NCBI RefSeq assembly: GCF_006345805.1
Contig: NC_043013.1
Span: 36,704,001-36,768,000, forward strand
DNA from: Octopus sinensis
Lineage: Eukaryota
Length of the DNA stretch: 64,000 nt
Reading direction: 5' to 3'
Part shown: piece by piece, positions 1 through 11,850 of the stretch
How positions within the stretch are numbered: position 1 is the first letter of the stretch
Layout of the letters: each line of letters begins with the position of its first letter
Program-made: the position numbers and the translations under genes
The notes under the pieces: model-generated
The model's database searches: none
What the model saw: the letters and a program-made list of their open reading frames with translations, nothing else
Told to the model about the DNA's origin: nothing

Positions 1-355
1 TGTAAGCATGTTTATGTATAAATTAGATGTAGACCATTACACTTATGGGTATGTTGTACATGCATGTACAATTATGAAAAAAAAAAAACATACAGGTACA
101 GGAAAAATTCAAACTATATGTTACATATTTATACAGAAGTATGTTTCTGTGGTTAAGAACACACTGTCACATTCTCTGGACAAATATTTTTCTACTATAA
201 ACTCAGCGTCACTACCTTATATGTGAAATATTTTAGATGGAAGCTGTGCAGGTGTCTACATGTGAAGCTTGTGTGTGTATTTATATATGCATAAATACAT
301 GTGTGTGAGCATATATATGTGTGTGTGTGTATGTGCATGTATGTAGTCGTTTGTC

Positions 356-564
356 ATGGTTGGTCAGAAATAGATCATTGGTTTCATATCTATAAATTGC
401 CTTTGGCAATATAGGCGACACAACAGACCCGATGGCTGGAGGCACATGACCTCTTTACTAGTGAAGGTAAGGACACAGTCTTGATCTGCATGGGGGTAAG
501 AAAATATTTAAAAACACCCTGCAATAATAGATATAGTACCAATGGTCGCTTTCTGACCAGCCAT
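356..564. mobile_element. Fold-back / MITE-like element with ~45-bp imperfect terminal inverted repeats
   Basis: Left arm 356-400 (ATGGTTGGTCAGAAATAGATCATTGGTTTCATATCTATAAATTGC) matches the reverse complement of 521-564 at 36 of 45 aligned positions. The ~120-bp interior is non-coding. Confidence 0.6.
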
Positions 565-1332
565 AACCAACAATTGCGCAAAATACTACTGTTTAACAAA
601 AATTTTTAGAGTATGCTATTTTTCCGGACTTATGAACTGACCAATATATATGCATGTGTATGTATGTATCTATCTATCTATATATATATACATGTTTATT
701 GTACACCCACATACTTCAAAAATCCAGGCTCATTAATAATTATGTATCCAGATATAAATCAATGAAATTATAAGTATAAATTCACAGTGGCATGCAATGC
801 TATACAGAACAGTACACTTCATACACATCTACACAGGCAAATATAAACACATGCACACACACACGCACACACGCAAATTACACAGCCATGTAATCATAAA
901 TGTATATTTGTTTCGTGCTTATATGGATAAAAATGGCAGCTACTGTAACAACAACAACAAGAGCAACAACTGCAACAACAGGTGTTAGTACTGTCATTGT
1001 TCTTTTGCTGCATTGATTTAGCTTATTGTTGCACTGTCTGTACATATGATGCTAACTGCAGTAAATGGGGAATAAATATTTCAGTATATTTTACTATACC
1101 ACATACACACATATATACATATATAGTTGTCTGTTGTATATCTTAGCAGCTTGTTAATAATGAAATTTACATGCAGACACACACATATATATAAATGTAC
1201 ACACACACACACACATGCAAACACACACATATATATATAAATGTACACACACACACACACACAAACACGTGTATGTATATGTCTATGTGTGTTTACATAT
1301 ATAGATATGTGTTTCTCTGTAATATACACAAG

Positions 1333-1368
<36 letters not shown>

Positions 1369-2219
1369 TGTGTGTATATAAACACACACATATATTCTGT
1401 GTGTATAAATATTTTTCCACTTCTTTCCTTTCACTGTCCATCTTCAATTCTATCTTGTGCATGCTTCCTTTTACGTGTATATATTATGTGTAGACATGAA
1501 ATACATCGTCATCGTCATCATCACCATCACATTCAATTTTTCCCATGCTGGCATGAACTGAGTGGATCTTGTCATGGTTCATGTAATACTGCGCACACAG
1601 TAGCTGAGAGAGAAATCGAGTTGATTTAGTTTTTGCGTTTGTCTCATAGCATGGACAGGTTACATTCTCTCATTTGACCAGCACTTGAGGGGTATCCTGT
1701 ACCAAAAGCCTAATGCATCCCCTCTAGTCCATCAGCCTTATTTGGTGTCATTGCTTATCCTACATGACTCGCCTCTTATGCAGATTATAAAGTTCACATC
1801 TCGCTTGCATATTCCATAGTTTGGTACGATGCCCTTCCTACTATCAATTCCCACTTACTCCTGTAAGTATGTTAATGTGTCTGCATAGATATATTCCCAC
1901 TGTGGTAATGATGTTGTTGTTATTATTTTTGTTAAAACTAAAAGAACAAAACAGGGCAAACCTTCCTCAGCCCAAGATGATAATCTAGCAGTATATGTAA
2001 TGATGTAATGATAATGCAAATATAAATACTGATGACTTATGTGATAGTGAGGGAAGATATCATCATCATCATCATCACCATCATCGTCGTCATTACTACC
2101 ATCGTCTCATCATCATCATAATTGCCGTCGTCATTGTCATCATCATCATCATCATCATCCTTTTCAGCATCAGCCTTATCAATGTCATCAGCTGCAGCAG
2201 CAGCATCCTCAGCATGATT

Positions 2220-2258
<39 letters not shown>

Positions 2259-2770
2259 GTCACTTTATCAACTCATCAATCATTGCCGCTGCCACCGCCA
2301 CCACAACTGCTACTACAACTGCCAGCCTCACCCCAGACTGCCACTATCCTCACTACTGACTGCTGTGATTATAATGAATGCTGCTATCAACATCAGCACC
2401 ATTCCAACATGATAACGATTAAGCATCCATGTATATTCATCTAATACTTACACAGAGTCGTCACATACAGTGTCCGATATGTAAAGAAGGCAGCTTTCAT
2501 ACACGTTATATGTCTGGGAAACCTGGCTAGTTTGTGGGACCCTTTGGAACACAAATCTCTGTCAGCCTGTGTACATGAGTGCTTTTAGAATGGCAACAAT
2601 TGTGAAGTGTATCACTGAAAAACCTTACAATATTTACATTCTGAGTTCAAAATCTTGCTGTGGAGGAATAACTACAAGGCATGTTGAGAGAGAACTTGAT
2701 TCATTTGTCGCTACTTATTCCATGAAAATTGTGGTTTTATGCTTATCTAAAGAAAAACATTAATGTGTAG

Positions 2771-2788
2771 ATCTATCTATCTATCTAC

Positions 2789-2847
<59 letters not shown>

Positions 2848-3037
2848 ATCTACCTTTCTGTCTATCTAATCTATTTATCTATCAGTCTGTCTGTCTACCT
2901 GTCTATCTAATCTATCTGTCTAATCTATCTATCTGTCTAATCTATCTATCTGTCTGTCTATCTAATCTATCTGTCTATCTGTCTGTCTATCTAATCTATC
3001 TATCTAATCTATCTATCTATCTAGCTAGCTAGCTATC
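2771..3037. repeat. Compound (TCTA)n/(TCTG)n tetranucleotide array
   Basis: Pure TCTA run followed by variant TCTAA/TCTG units. Confidence 0.9.
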
Positions 3038-3384
3038 TACCCATGTAGCTATTGTTCTTTTGCTTGTTTCATTGACTGGACTGTGGCCATGCTGGTGCAC
3101 TACCTTTAAGGGTTTTAGCTAATCATTATCTCCAATATTTATATTAGTCTCAGACTTATCTATCTGTGTATTTGTTTGTACCACACTATTAGATTGAATA
3201 TATATATGTGTGTGTGTGTGTATAAATATATGCATATATACATATAATCATCTTCATCGAGTTGGATGGGACTTTTGGAGAACTGTTTTAAGCTATAGGC
3301 CTTTCCTACAATCAGCCCTTTTAGTCCACCCCTTTAGCATGCACTGACACTGTGTACCTATACTTTGTTTAGGGAATGTGCATG

Positions 3385-3720
3385 GTACAATTGTTTGGAT
3401 GTTCAACTTGTGATCATAAGGTATTGGGTTCAATTCCTAGCACCAATGGCTCATTGTGACCTTGAACAAGATACTCAGTTGTAATGTGTCAGCTTTTTGC
3501 TCATTCTGCCCTCTCTCCATTCCTAAGTCATATCCTAGATGTTCCTCTGAAGGACAAGAGAGTGTTTATGCCTGCAGGTGACCACTTAGTCAAACCTAAA
3601 ACAGTTGATGAAAGCATGGTTTGCATGGGATATATTACCAAATCATACTTATTTGTGAATGATAATTAGCTGTACTTTTTCGTGAATCTCATATATATTA
3701 ACTACCGTTATGTATCATCA
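3385..3720 (+). mobile_element. Degenerate tRNA-derived SINE copy
   Basis: B-box-like GGGTTCAATTCC followed by TGTGACCTTGAACAAGATACT; resembles the copies at 49521 and 46734-47090. Confidence 0.4.
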
Positions 3721-3866
3721 AGCATTTATAATGATATCTTATTAAAATACAGAGAAATAATATATTTAAATAAATTCATTTTTTTAATCATTACTCTTCT
3801 GCTTGTTTAGTTAATATATCATTCACCTGAAATATCTGCACAAATGTGTATATATACACGAACAAA

Positions 3867-3908
<42 letters not shown>

Positions 3909-4734
3909 TATGCACTAATGCCCTCCTCTTTCACGTACACTTCAGCTGTTTTACTGTGTTAGTCTAACTTGTAAGCAAGAGTAATACAGTTCCTTAATTT
4001 GTTGGCCAGTGGTTCACCTTTGACAACTTTACCTTTTTATCATTCCTAGGGTTTGTTAAGATAAATATCTAATATATTCTGGGATCTATAACATTAATTT
4101 TTTTCCTACCCTTTCTGACTGCATTCATTATATTTAGTTGCTTTGTCAGAAGTAATCCATGTTTGTTAGGAGTGCCAAATGGTGAATTTGAATTGAAATC
4201 AAAATTATTGGATAGATGTATGAATTAAAATGGACTACTTGATCTTGATTTATGAGTTTCATATTCACTGTTGGAGGAATTTCATTGTCTCTGGATTAGC
4301 TACTTACTTTATTCTCTGTACCTCAGTTCATTAGCTGTTAAGAATAGGTACAGAACTTCTTGGAAAACTACCAACAATAGACTGGCATCTTATTGGGCAA
4401 AGTTTGTCTCTCATCAGCTGAATGCCACAAGAACAGGAATTCTGTACCATCCTTATCAATCTCTGAGATAATTAGTGAAAGGATTAATTGAAGAAATTAA
4501 AGAAGTGTGATTGCTCGTTATAGATTTGTCTAGGTCAGCCAAAATAATGAAGGGAAAAACCTATTTCTAACAGGATATATAGACAATAAAAGGAGGGTCG
4601 AGGTGCATTGCTTGTGCCTCTCTTTCTTCTTACTGCACATTAACACACACTTCTTTTGTTTATTTTTCCTAATTGATTTTAGTGGCCATCCTTGTTGACT
4701 AATGGTACTTGTTTTGTGTGACTGACCACTTGTC

Positions 4735-5240
4735 CTAGTTTTATTATACTGACGCTGATGATGGCAGTTTCCCAAACTGTCCAGATTGGCGATAGTTTTA
4801 TTATACTGACCACTACTGGCTTCTGTACACTACTCAACAATGCTGATAGTTTTATCATACAGACCATCGCTGATGGCAGCTTCCTATATTAACCATTACA
4901 CTAAGATTTTATTATATTGACTATTGACCATAATTACATTATACTGGCTGCTGCTGCTGTTGATGGTGGTGGTTTTATTACTTTGACCACTGGTGGTGCA
5001 TTTATTATTCTACCACTGGTCATAGTTTTATTATATTGACCACTGGGGATAGTTTTGACCAATGCAAACTGTTTTATTATACTGGACTACTCTAGGTGGT
5101 TTTATTATACCACACTATTGGGGATAATTTTATGAGACTGACCACTGGTGCTATTTTTATTAGATTGACCACTGACAGTGTTTATATACACATTGACCAT
5201 AGATATTAGTTTAATTATATGAAGCATTGATGATAATTTT
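4735..5240. repeat. Degenerate minisatellite, unit approx. GATAGTTTTATTATACTGACCACTGG
   Basis: GTTTTATTATACTGAC and variants recur more than ten times with irregular spacing of about 20-60 bp. Confidence 0.75.
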
Positions 5241-6397
5241 TGCCAACTTATTGATAAATACTTAATGGTAGTATGTAGTATGAATTTAATAATTTGATGT
5301 ATTAGTAATTTGCATATACCTATATAGTGTACTCAACATAATACCTCCACAAATGTGCACTGAGTAGTGTAATGTTGCTTCATGCAGGCACATACACATG
5401 TGCGCATGCACACATTCTTTTGTTGGTTTCATTCAGTCATTAAATTGCGACTGCTCTTGCATAATTTCATTGGGGGTTTCAGTGATCATATTGAGCTCCA
5501 TACTTGTATTTATTTTTTGATATAGACTCAGTGTTAACAATAGAAACATATAAATCCATTTGATGCCATAGGCAAAGTGTCAGAGAATAAGGACTTTGAA
5601 TGCACTTGATATAGGGAATGATTTAGGTAATGGGACAGCCATAAAATGAATTTCATGGACTACTTTTGTACCTAACTAGATGTTGTAGATAATTTCTATT
5701 AGCTTAGATCACACAATTAATACAAGTAGTTACAGCTTATAGTAACTAGAGTAAGAAACAAGAACAAGTTTGATAATAGATGGTTACCCTTGTTGATAGC
5801 AATGAGTTTCCTTTGCAATGCAAAAGGTGGATTAGCTATGGATCATGTGAAAATGAGTGAGATGCGGTCTGATCTTAAGATATGACCAGTGAATGTAGAT
5901 GTAAGTTCTGTAAATGTTGAGGAATAAAAAGTGGAGCAGAAGGGATGTGTGCAGGAGAGGCAAAAGTACTGTGATGTAAATGGATGAATAAAGTGATGTG
6001 GGCAAACAGTGAAAAGTGTTTGGGGTAGATAAAGACCAAGGAGGACATAATAATAATCAATGTTGGTGTAAAATCTCCAGATGTTAAAACAATGGTGATG
6101 ATGATGATGGTTATATGTATGCCATGGCCTTGGATTTGGTCCAACTGCATGGTAACTTGGGTAATTGTTTTCTACTATTGCCTAGGGTCAACCAATAATA
6201 GCTTATGAGTGAAATTTGATAGCTAAAAACTATATTGATGTTGTGTCTGTGTGTGTGTGTGCATGCATTTGTTTGAGTCTCATAATTTCAGCAAATAGAA
6301 ATTGATAGAATAAATAGTACACTTAAAAACTAAATATTTAGGTTCTTAGTGGTTTTGGCCACTGGACTTCAGTTAAATGTAAGAATAAAAGAATAAT

Positions 6398-6430
<33 letters not shown>

Positions 6431-6571
6431 TATATATATATATAACGATATATATCTCATTATCATCGTTGCCATCTTCATTATCATCATCATTATTATT
6501 TTAATATTCACTTGCATGAATTGAATAGAGTATACCAAGACAGATTTTCTACCTCAATATATATGTGTGTC

Positions 6572-6626
<55 letters not shown>

Positions 6627-6879
6627 CTACAATATATATTCACGATGCTGGACTGCTGAAATCTACAAGTCATTTTTGTTCTCTGTATATTTTCTCTTAT
6701 TCCTTTCTGTTGAAGAGCATATGCTCAAAATGTAAAAAAACATTTTCATTATTTCTGAGTGTCAAACTAATACATTTCCTTGTTCATACACCTGTCTTCG
6801 TCTTTTGTTTTTCCATAAATTTCAACTATATATATATAAAAGGTAAAAGATGTATGTGTGTGTATATATATACATACAT

Positions 6880-6911
<32 letters not shown>

Positions 6912-6994
6912 TGATAGTAATGGTAAGACAACAAAAGAGTGAATGAGACCTCGATATTATGTAAATAGAGGAATTTATCTGTAAATATAATACA

Positions 6995-7118
6995 TGACAA
7001 TTATTCAGTCATTTTCATAGCATTTTTTGATGGACCAATAACTGAAGAGATGCTGGTGTGGGTTTCCGCCCCGACATCTGAAACTCAGAGTTTTATCACG
7101 GCTACCAAATAATTGTCA
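6995..7118 (+). ncRNA. Candidate type I hammerhead ribozyme motif (Penelope/retrozyme-like relic)
   Basis: CTGAAGA (7042-7048); a stem II hairpin (7049-7078); T; GAAA (7080-7083); palindromic stem III ACTC-A-GAGT; triplet GTT; stem I ATAA/TTAT. The whole is enclosed by an 11-bp perfect inverted repeat TGACAATTATT/AATAATTGTCA. Confidence 0.5.
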
Positions 7119-7153
7119 CACACACATATATATATACATACATACATACATAT

Positions 7154-7200
<47 letters not shown>

Positions 7201-7688
7201 TAGATTTCTATACATATGTGTATGTATGTATACATACACACAGTTCTATGTACTCAACTTACACACACATTGATACACAACTACCTTCATAAATGAACAC
7301 ATAACCAACACTCCCAAGTTTGAAATATTAGAAGACCCATCTCTCCACCGACCACCATCCCCCCAGCCTCCTATCTTTTAAACTAACTCACTCCCCCCAC
7401 ACACACACGCATGCCCATTCAGCCATCTGAGTGAAATTTCTTTAATTTGGTTAATGGTGGTCTTTCTTACTTACCACCCAGCCATCTTTAAGTTCCTTTC
7501 TCATTCCTCCTCGCTCCACTTTGCCATTGCATCTTCCCCAACTCCACCACATGAGACTCATGTGGAATATATATACTGACCTTCCTCCCTTCTCTATAAC
7601 CCATTCCCACTCTCTCATCTCATCCATTCTTTATACTCTTGAACATAGAAATACTTATTTATTTTATTTATTTATACATCCACACACG

Positions 7689-7725
<37 letters not shown>

Positions 7726-8080
7726 CTTTGTGTGTGTTTGCGTATCTACACACATATATATAAACAATAGTAGATATTCTTCAGATGGCGTAGCAAGCAA
7801 CTGCAGTTTCTTGCCTAAGCTTCGCATCCGACACATGGAGCATAATTACTAAAAGATGTGGAATTGAAATGTCTGTGAGGTGTGTGTGTATGTGTGTGTG
7901 TGTGTGTGTGTGTGCATGTGTGTGTGTGTGTGCACATGCATACAAGCGCACAATATAATGGATGGAGAAATGATAGTATTTTTAATTCAACTATGTATGT
8001 ATGTAGATCTTGCATGTATATTTCTGTATATGTGTGAATATGTATGTTGTTTTGTATGCTTATAGATATATATATTTCGA

Positions 8081-8197
8081 ATGTGTTTGTTTTCTTAGAT
8101 TAGATTTTTATAAAGAAGAATGTATATATATTTCTATCTATACATGTATTCATGGATACATTCAGTTGTGTAGGTCACGCTTACTGGATGAGCGGGT
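8081..8197 (+). repeat. Direct repeat copy A (partner at 9688-9801)
   Basis: ATGTGTTTGTTTTCTTAGATTA...TCATGGATACATTCAGTTGTGTAGG...TTACTGG shared with 9688-9801 at roughly 90% identity by eye. Confidence 0.85.
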
Positions 8198-8238
8198 GAA
8201 TGGATATAATTTTGTATATGAATTTTGATTTTGTGTAC

Positions 8239-8277
<39 letters not shown>

Positions 8278-8339
8278 TGTATATATGTGTGTATATATAT
8301 ATTTTTATGGAAAAGACATTTGACTGGGTACCACTAATG

Positions 8340-9262
8340 TGTGGGTTACTAATCTGTTGGTTATTTGGTGTATATGGATTTCATCTGAGGGCTGTACAAG
8401 TTATCTTCAAAGAAGCTACAATTAGCTTGGGGATAGGAGCCCATCTAGGCTCAGTGCTCAGTCCCCTCCTGCTTGTCACAATCCTACAGGCCATCACAAA
8501 TAAGTTTAAGACTGGATTTCTTGAGGAACTCTTATATACTAATGGTGTAGGGGAATTTGAAAGGAAATTCCAACTATGGAAATGTGACTTAGAATTGTGA
8601 AGTAAGTCTCCGGGTTAATTTAGCAAAGATAAAAGTTTTAGTCACTAGAAAAGTCAAAAACCTGGTATCTTAAGGGATATGGTCTTGCTTGATGTGCATT
8701 AAGGGAATAAGTATAAACTCCATATGTTGTACCCAATCTGAGCTACAGACACACAAGAGTTATAATGGATATAATGAACTCAGAGGCAGACAAACAGAGA
8801 ATCTAAACTTTGTATGTGACAGATGCGCTGGTGCAGTACATACCAGGAGCACACTGAAAACAGATTTTCTTAAATTCTCAGACAGCTCACTAGAAGTAGT
8901 TGCTAGTTTTTCCTACCTTGGAGATGTATTTAACAAGGGAGCTGAATCCTGAAGGAGCTGCAACCACTGTTGGCAACAGTGGTCTTTTCTGTCAAAGTGA
9001 AAGGCAGATTAGATGACACTTGGGTGAGAACTGCAATACTGCAACAGAAGAAGACTGGGAAGAAATGAAGTTAGCATGCTCTCTCTCTCTCGAAATGTGT
9101 TGTGTAAGCATACATGAATGACAATACAAATTTGCTGAGAAAAAAAATCTGTGCAAATGAGAAATCAGATGTATGCGAGAAAAAAAATCAACTGTGGTGG
9201 TATGGACACGTGATACATATGGCTGAATACAGCTGTATAAGGAAGTGTCCATCCCTTAATGC
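8340..9262 (+). mobile_element. 5'-truncated, degenerate RTE-clade LINE (RT and C-terminal region)
   Basis: Fragmented translation: GAHLGSVLSPLLLVTILQAITNKFKTG..EELLY (QGSVLSP and YADD region), ERKFQLWK, NSICCTQ...FVCDRC (Cys cluster), SLEVVASFSYLGDV, QLWWYGHVIHM. Stops and frameshifts throughout. Confidence 0.8.
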
Positions 9263-9340
9263 ATATGTTTATATACATTATGTATATAAATGTATATAGA
9301 TATGCATACATACAAATGCATGTATTCAAATATATATATA

Positions 9341-9674
9341 AAGACCCCCACGGTCATGAATGACCATGGGATCACACCTAGAAAGTTCCCCTCCAAGGCA
9401 CAAGTCTGAGCTAGATTGTTTATGGAAGGCCAACAGTTACACATGCATGCCAGCCTCCCATTTCCATGCCACCGATGTCATCCAAGGGAAAGGCAAAGGC
9501 TGATACAGCTTGGTACCAGTGACATCGCAACTCATTTCTACAGATGAGTGAACTGGAGCAATGTGAAATAAAGCGTCTTGCTCAAGAACACAACACTCAG
9601 CCTGGTCTGGGAATCGAACTCACTACCTCCTGAATGTGGGCCTGATGCTCTAACCACTGAGCCATGCGCCTTCA
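9341..9674 (-). mobile_element. Near full-length tRNA-derived SINE
   Basis: Minus strand begins GGCGCATGGCTCAGTGGTTAGAGC (A box) ... GAGTTCGATTCCC (B box), then TGTGTTCTTGAGCAAGACGCTTTATTTCACATTGCTCCAGTTCACTCA and a 3' body ending in a (TA)n tract. Confidence 0.8.
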
Positions 9675-9687
9675 TATATACATATAT

Positions 9688-9801
9688 ATGTGTTTGTTTT
9701 CTTAGATTAATTTTTTATAAAAAAGTATATATATTTCTATCTATACATGTGTTCATGGATACATTCAGTTGTGTAGGCCACACTTACTGGTTGAGTGGGT
9801 G
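9688..9801 (+). repeat. Direct repeat copy A' (partner at 8081-8197)
   Basis: Same alignment as copy A. Confidence 0.85.
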
Positions 9802-10473
9802 TGTGTGCGTGTATTTTATATTACAAAATTACAACCTGCAAAGTGTTTCATCTAAAGAGGTTTGGATTCCCAGGAATGGATTGAGTATGTTTTTGTGATT
9901 TGCAGACACCTGAGCTTTATAGCTATGAAGACATGAACCAATATATGTTTATGTGCGTGTCTAGTGTATGTATCCATCCGCGTACATTAAATTCTAAAAT
10001 GCCATAATGACTTCCTTCATAATGTCTGTCATGATAATCACATCCCTACCTTCTCTCAATGTATATTTTGGCCCCTGCTTTTTAAATTACATGCTGCTAT
10101 TTTGTCTGCATATCTGTATGTTTGCTAGCCCTCTCTTTCATTACCCTGATGGTTTGCAAGATGAAACATAGCTATGCTCATCAGTGATTTACCATTTTCA
10201 GCTAAAATATAAATTTATTTATCATCCCTACTTCATCATAGCCTGGTATTCTTTTATTTCTGTTTTGTGGTTATTTGTTCTGATGAACAAATAGACTCTT
10301 AAGTGTATGTGCGTGTGTATGTATATATATATATATATTATATATATATATATATTATATATATATATAATATATATATAAGTGTGTGTGTGTTTGTATA
10401 TCCCAGTGTATTGTTTAGAAATCCATAGCTGTTGTATGATTTTTGATAGATTACTTAGAAGTATTTACAGAAT

Positions 10474-10476
<3 letters not shown>

Positions 10477-10552
<76 letters not shown>

Positions 10553-10574
10553 TATATATATATGTATATGTATG

Positions 10575-10636
<62 letters not shown>
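10477..10636. repeat. Long interrupted (TA)n microsatellite
   Basis: About 160 bp of alternating AT with rare interruptions. Confidence 0.95.
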
Positions 10637-10638
<2 letters not shown>

Positions 10639-11624
10639 TTGTATGTGTGCCATTCTGTTTGTTTATTTGTAGATACACATATCAGTGTTTTGATATACAC
10701 GTATATATTTATTCATACATATATACATGTATGTATGTTTGGTTATTTAAACAAGATGAGGATGAATACTTGCATGTGTATATATATATGCATACAAAAG
10801 CATGTAAACATGTATGTGTGTATGCGTCTGTGAGTGAAATTTTATCTATCATATTTTACCGCAGGCTCATAGTTTATTCCCACGTTTTGCAAAGTACATA
10901 CACCCCATTGTTAGCACTGTATATATACATACATACATACATGTGTGTGTGCTTATGTATATCTTGTTTTACTTGTTTTATACACATGACTACATTTTTA
11001 TATATAAATCTACATCTGTGTGTGTATATGTGTTTATGGAGATGTATCTATGTTTGAGTGTGTGTATGATGTGTGTATTTCTAAATGAATATATAGGCAT
11101 AGTGTGTGTATGTTTACACACACACAAGCATATATAATTTTTTTTTCCCTCTTTCTTTAGTTGTTATGTCTTATAATGAACAGTACAATGCCAGGCCGTT
11201 TCTCCAGAGATTAATTAATAGCTAGTGAAGAATGTTTCAAATTCTATTCTGATCAACAAAATGTGCACTTATCTATAGAAACTTCCAGAAAAGCGTATCA
11301 TTCCAGCCTTTAATCATGGTAGTTCATCTTCAGAGCCATCAAACAATAACAGTTCACAGATTATTCATTCTCTGAGAAAAGAAAGAAAAAGGAAGAAAAA
11401 AAAAGAGAGAGAGAGATAAAATAAAAAAGAATAATAAATTAAAAGAAAGAAAGAAAAAAAGCAATATTGAAGAAAAAAAAGTACTGAAAAATAAAAAAAG
11501 TGGGGGGAGACCAGCAAAAGAAAGAATTTTTTGGAGTTTAATAAAAAGAATAAAAAAAATAAGTAGAAAATATAATACTGAGAGAGATAGAATATCTACT
11601 ACAACTGCTATTGGTGTTGATGAT

Positions 11625-11850
11625 TGTTAGTAATTTTGACACAAAGCCAGTAATTTTAGGGAGAGGGGTTTGTCAGTTACATTGAACCCCCCCACCTCCC
11701 AGTACTTAACTGGTACTATATCTTATCAATGTTGTAAAGATGAAAGCTAAGATGATATTGTCAGGATTTGAATTCAGGATGTAAAGAGCTGTAGCTTGGC
11801 TCTGAAAAAATTTTTTATCTCATGCTGTTATGATTCTGCAAATCAACCAT
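11625..11850 (-). mobile_element. Degenerate SINE (GGTGAGCTGGCAGAA-head family)
   Basis: Reverse complement shares GAATTCAAATCC, TTTCATC, AGTACCAG and CCTCTCCC blocks with the copy at 32583-32800. Confidence 0.5.

Noticed and set aside
4735-5240. CRISPR-like look of repeated motifs with variable spacers
   Set aside because: Eukaryotic context, degenerate repeats with irregular spacing, spacers resemble the repeat, and no cas genes.
9600-9674. tRNA-like sequence on the minus strand (also about 47030-47090 and 32583-32670)
   Set aside because: A and B boxes are present, but there is no complete cloverleaf and each continues into a SINE body. These are SINE heads, not tRNA genes.
10145-10185. 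CTGATGG...GAAA-CATAGCTATG hammerhead-like words
   Set aside because: Core A9 is substituted, the base that should be U16.1 is C, and stem I does not pair. Better explained as a simple inverted repeat (CTGATG/CATCAG).
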